Origin: Clostridia bacterium
GTDB taxonomy: Bacteria; Bacillota; Clostridia; UMGS1883
Direction: 5' to 3'
Length of the DNA: 28,667 nt
NCBI GenBank assembly: GCA_051866635.1
Contig: JBJDXJ010000053.1
Span: 1 to 28,667 of the forward strand
The translations under genes were made by a program, and so were the position numbers. A model generated the notes under the pieces. That model was given only the letters and a program-made list of their open reading frames with translations, was not told the DNA's origin and did not search any database. Each line of letters begins with the position of its first letter. The first letter of the stretch is position 1. Shown in pieces: positions 28,151 through 28,667 of the stretch.

Positions 28151-28667
28151 GTGAAAACACTGATTGTTATACTTTTATCGTTATTTTGTTTTACAGGTTG
28201 CGGCCGTATAACAGAAGTTGACGAAAAGTCCTTCGTTACAGCCATCGGTTTTGATAAAGGCGAAAAGTACGATTTAAGGTTTACTTTTGTCTTTACATCA
28301 CCATCGAGAGACAGTGCCAAAACCTCCGGCAGTGAAGAAGATGAAACTATAGTTATTGAGGCCCCGTCTATTTATTCTGCTATTGAACAGATAAACAATT
28401 TTAAAAGTAAGACAATTGAGCTTACACATACACAGACATTAATTTTTTCCGAGGAGTTGGCAAAAGAAGGATTGTCTGACTATATTTATATGCTTGTCAG
28501 GTCAAACCACTTCAGACCTAACACATATATTTGTATAGCGGAGAATTCCGCCATGGAGTTTTTAGAAAAGATAAACCCTGTACAAACGTATCATCTTGAA
28601 AAGTATTTCCAGATAATTTTCAATAAAATGACCTTAGGCACAAAAGGCGATTTATATTTATATGATT
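28151..28667 (+). CDS. Spore germination receptor C subunit lipoprotein (Ger(x)C family), partial
   Basis: Not in the ORF track. GTG start gives MKTLIVILLSLFCFTGC (lipobox) GRITEVDEKSFVTAIGFDKG...ELTHTQTLIFSEELAKEG...FRP. The frame is open to the window end. Confidence 0.88.
   Translation, partial: MKTLIVILLSLFCFTGCGRITEVDEKSFVTAIGFDKGEKYDLRFTFVFTSPSRDSAKTSGSEEDETIVIEAPSIYSAIEQINNFKSKTIELTHTQTLIFSEELAKEGLSDYIYMLVRSNHFRPNTYICIAENSAMEFLEKINPVQTYHLEKYFQIIFNKMTLGTKGDLYLYD

Noticed and set aside
108-28320. Many 60-180 aa ORFs overlapping the called genes (e.g. 2202-2624, 5754-6245, 6471-6911, 26940-27470)
   Set aside because: They are antisense or out-of-frame shadows of confidently identified genes and show no domain signal.

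Overview
AT-rich core chromosomal segment from a spore-forming Clostridia-like (Bacillota) bacterium, inferred from gene content, including a gerA-type germinant receptor operon. In order it holds: a minus-strand fhs-tsaE-tsaB-rpiB-nrdR(partial) cluster; a plus-strand run of OmpR/WalR-like regulator, histidine kinase, GerMN lipoprotein, HAD hydrolase, ABC-F ATPase and a LeuB/IDH-fold protein that appears catalytically dead; a ~180-bp nested inverted-repeat element; argG-argH (minus); ruvCAB, a cell-wall amidase and a YaiI/YqxD gene; a minus-strand ClC channel-trkA-trkH operon; a lipoprotein-regulator-kinase-BspA-type LRR cluster; and gerA-type A/B/C genes, the last running off the end. I saw no CRISPR array, rRNA, tRNA, transposase or prophage. 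The best leads are the LeuB-like pseudoenzyme abutting the ABC-F gene (9260-10273), the MITE-like structured element that supplies its stop codon (10270-10449), and a possible cell-envelope three-component system with candidate operator sites. All family calls come from motif recognition by eye, not database searches.
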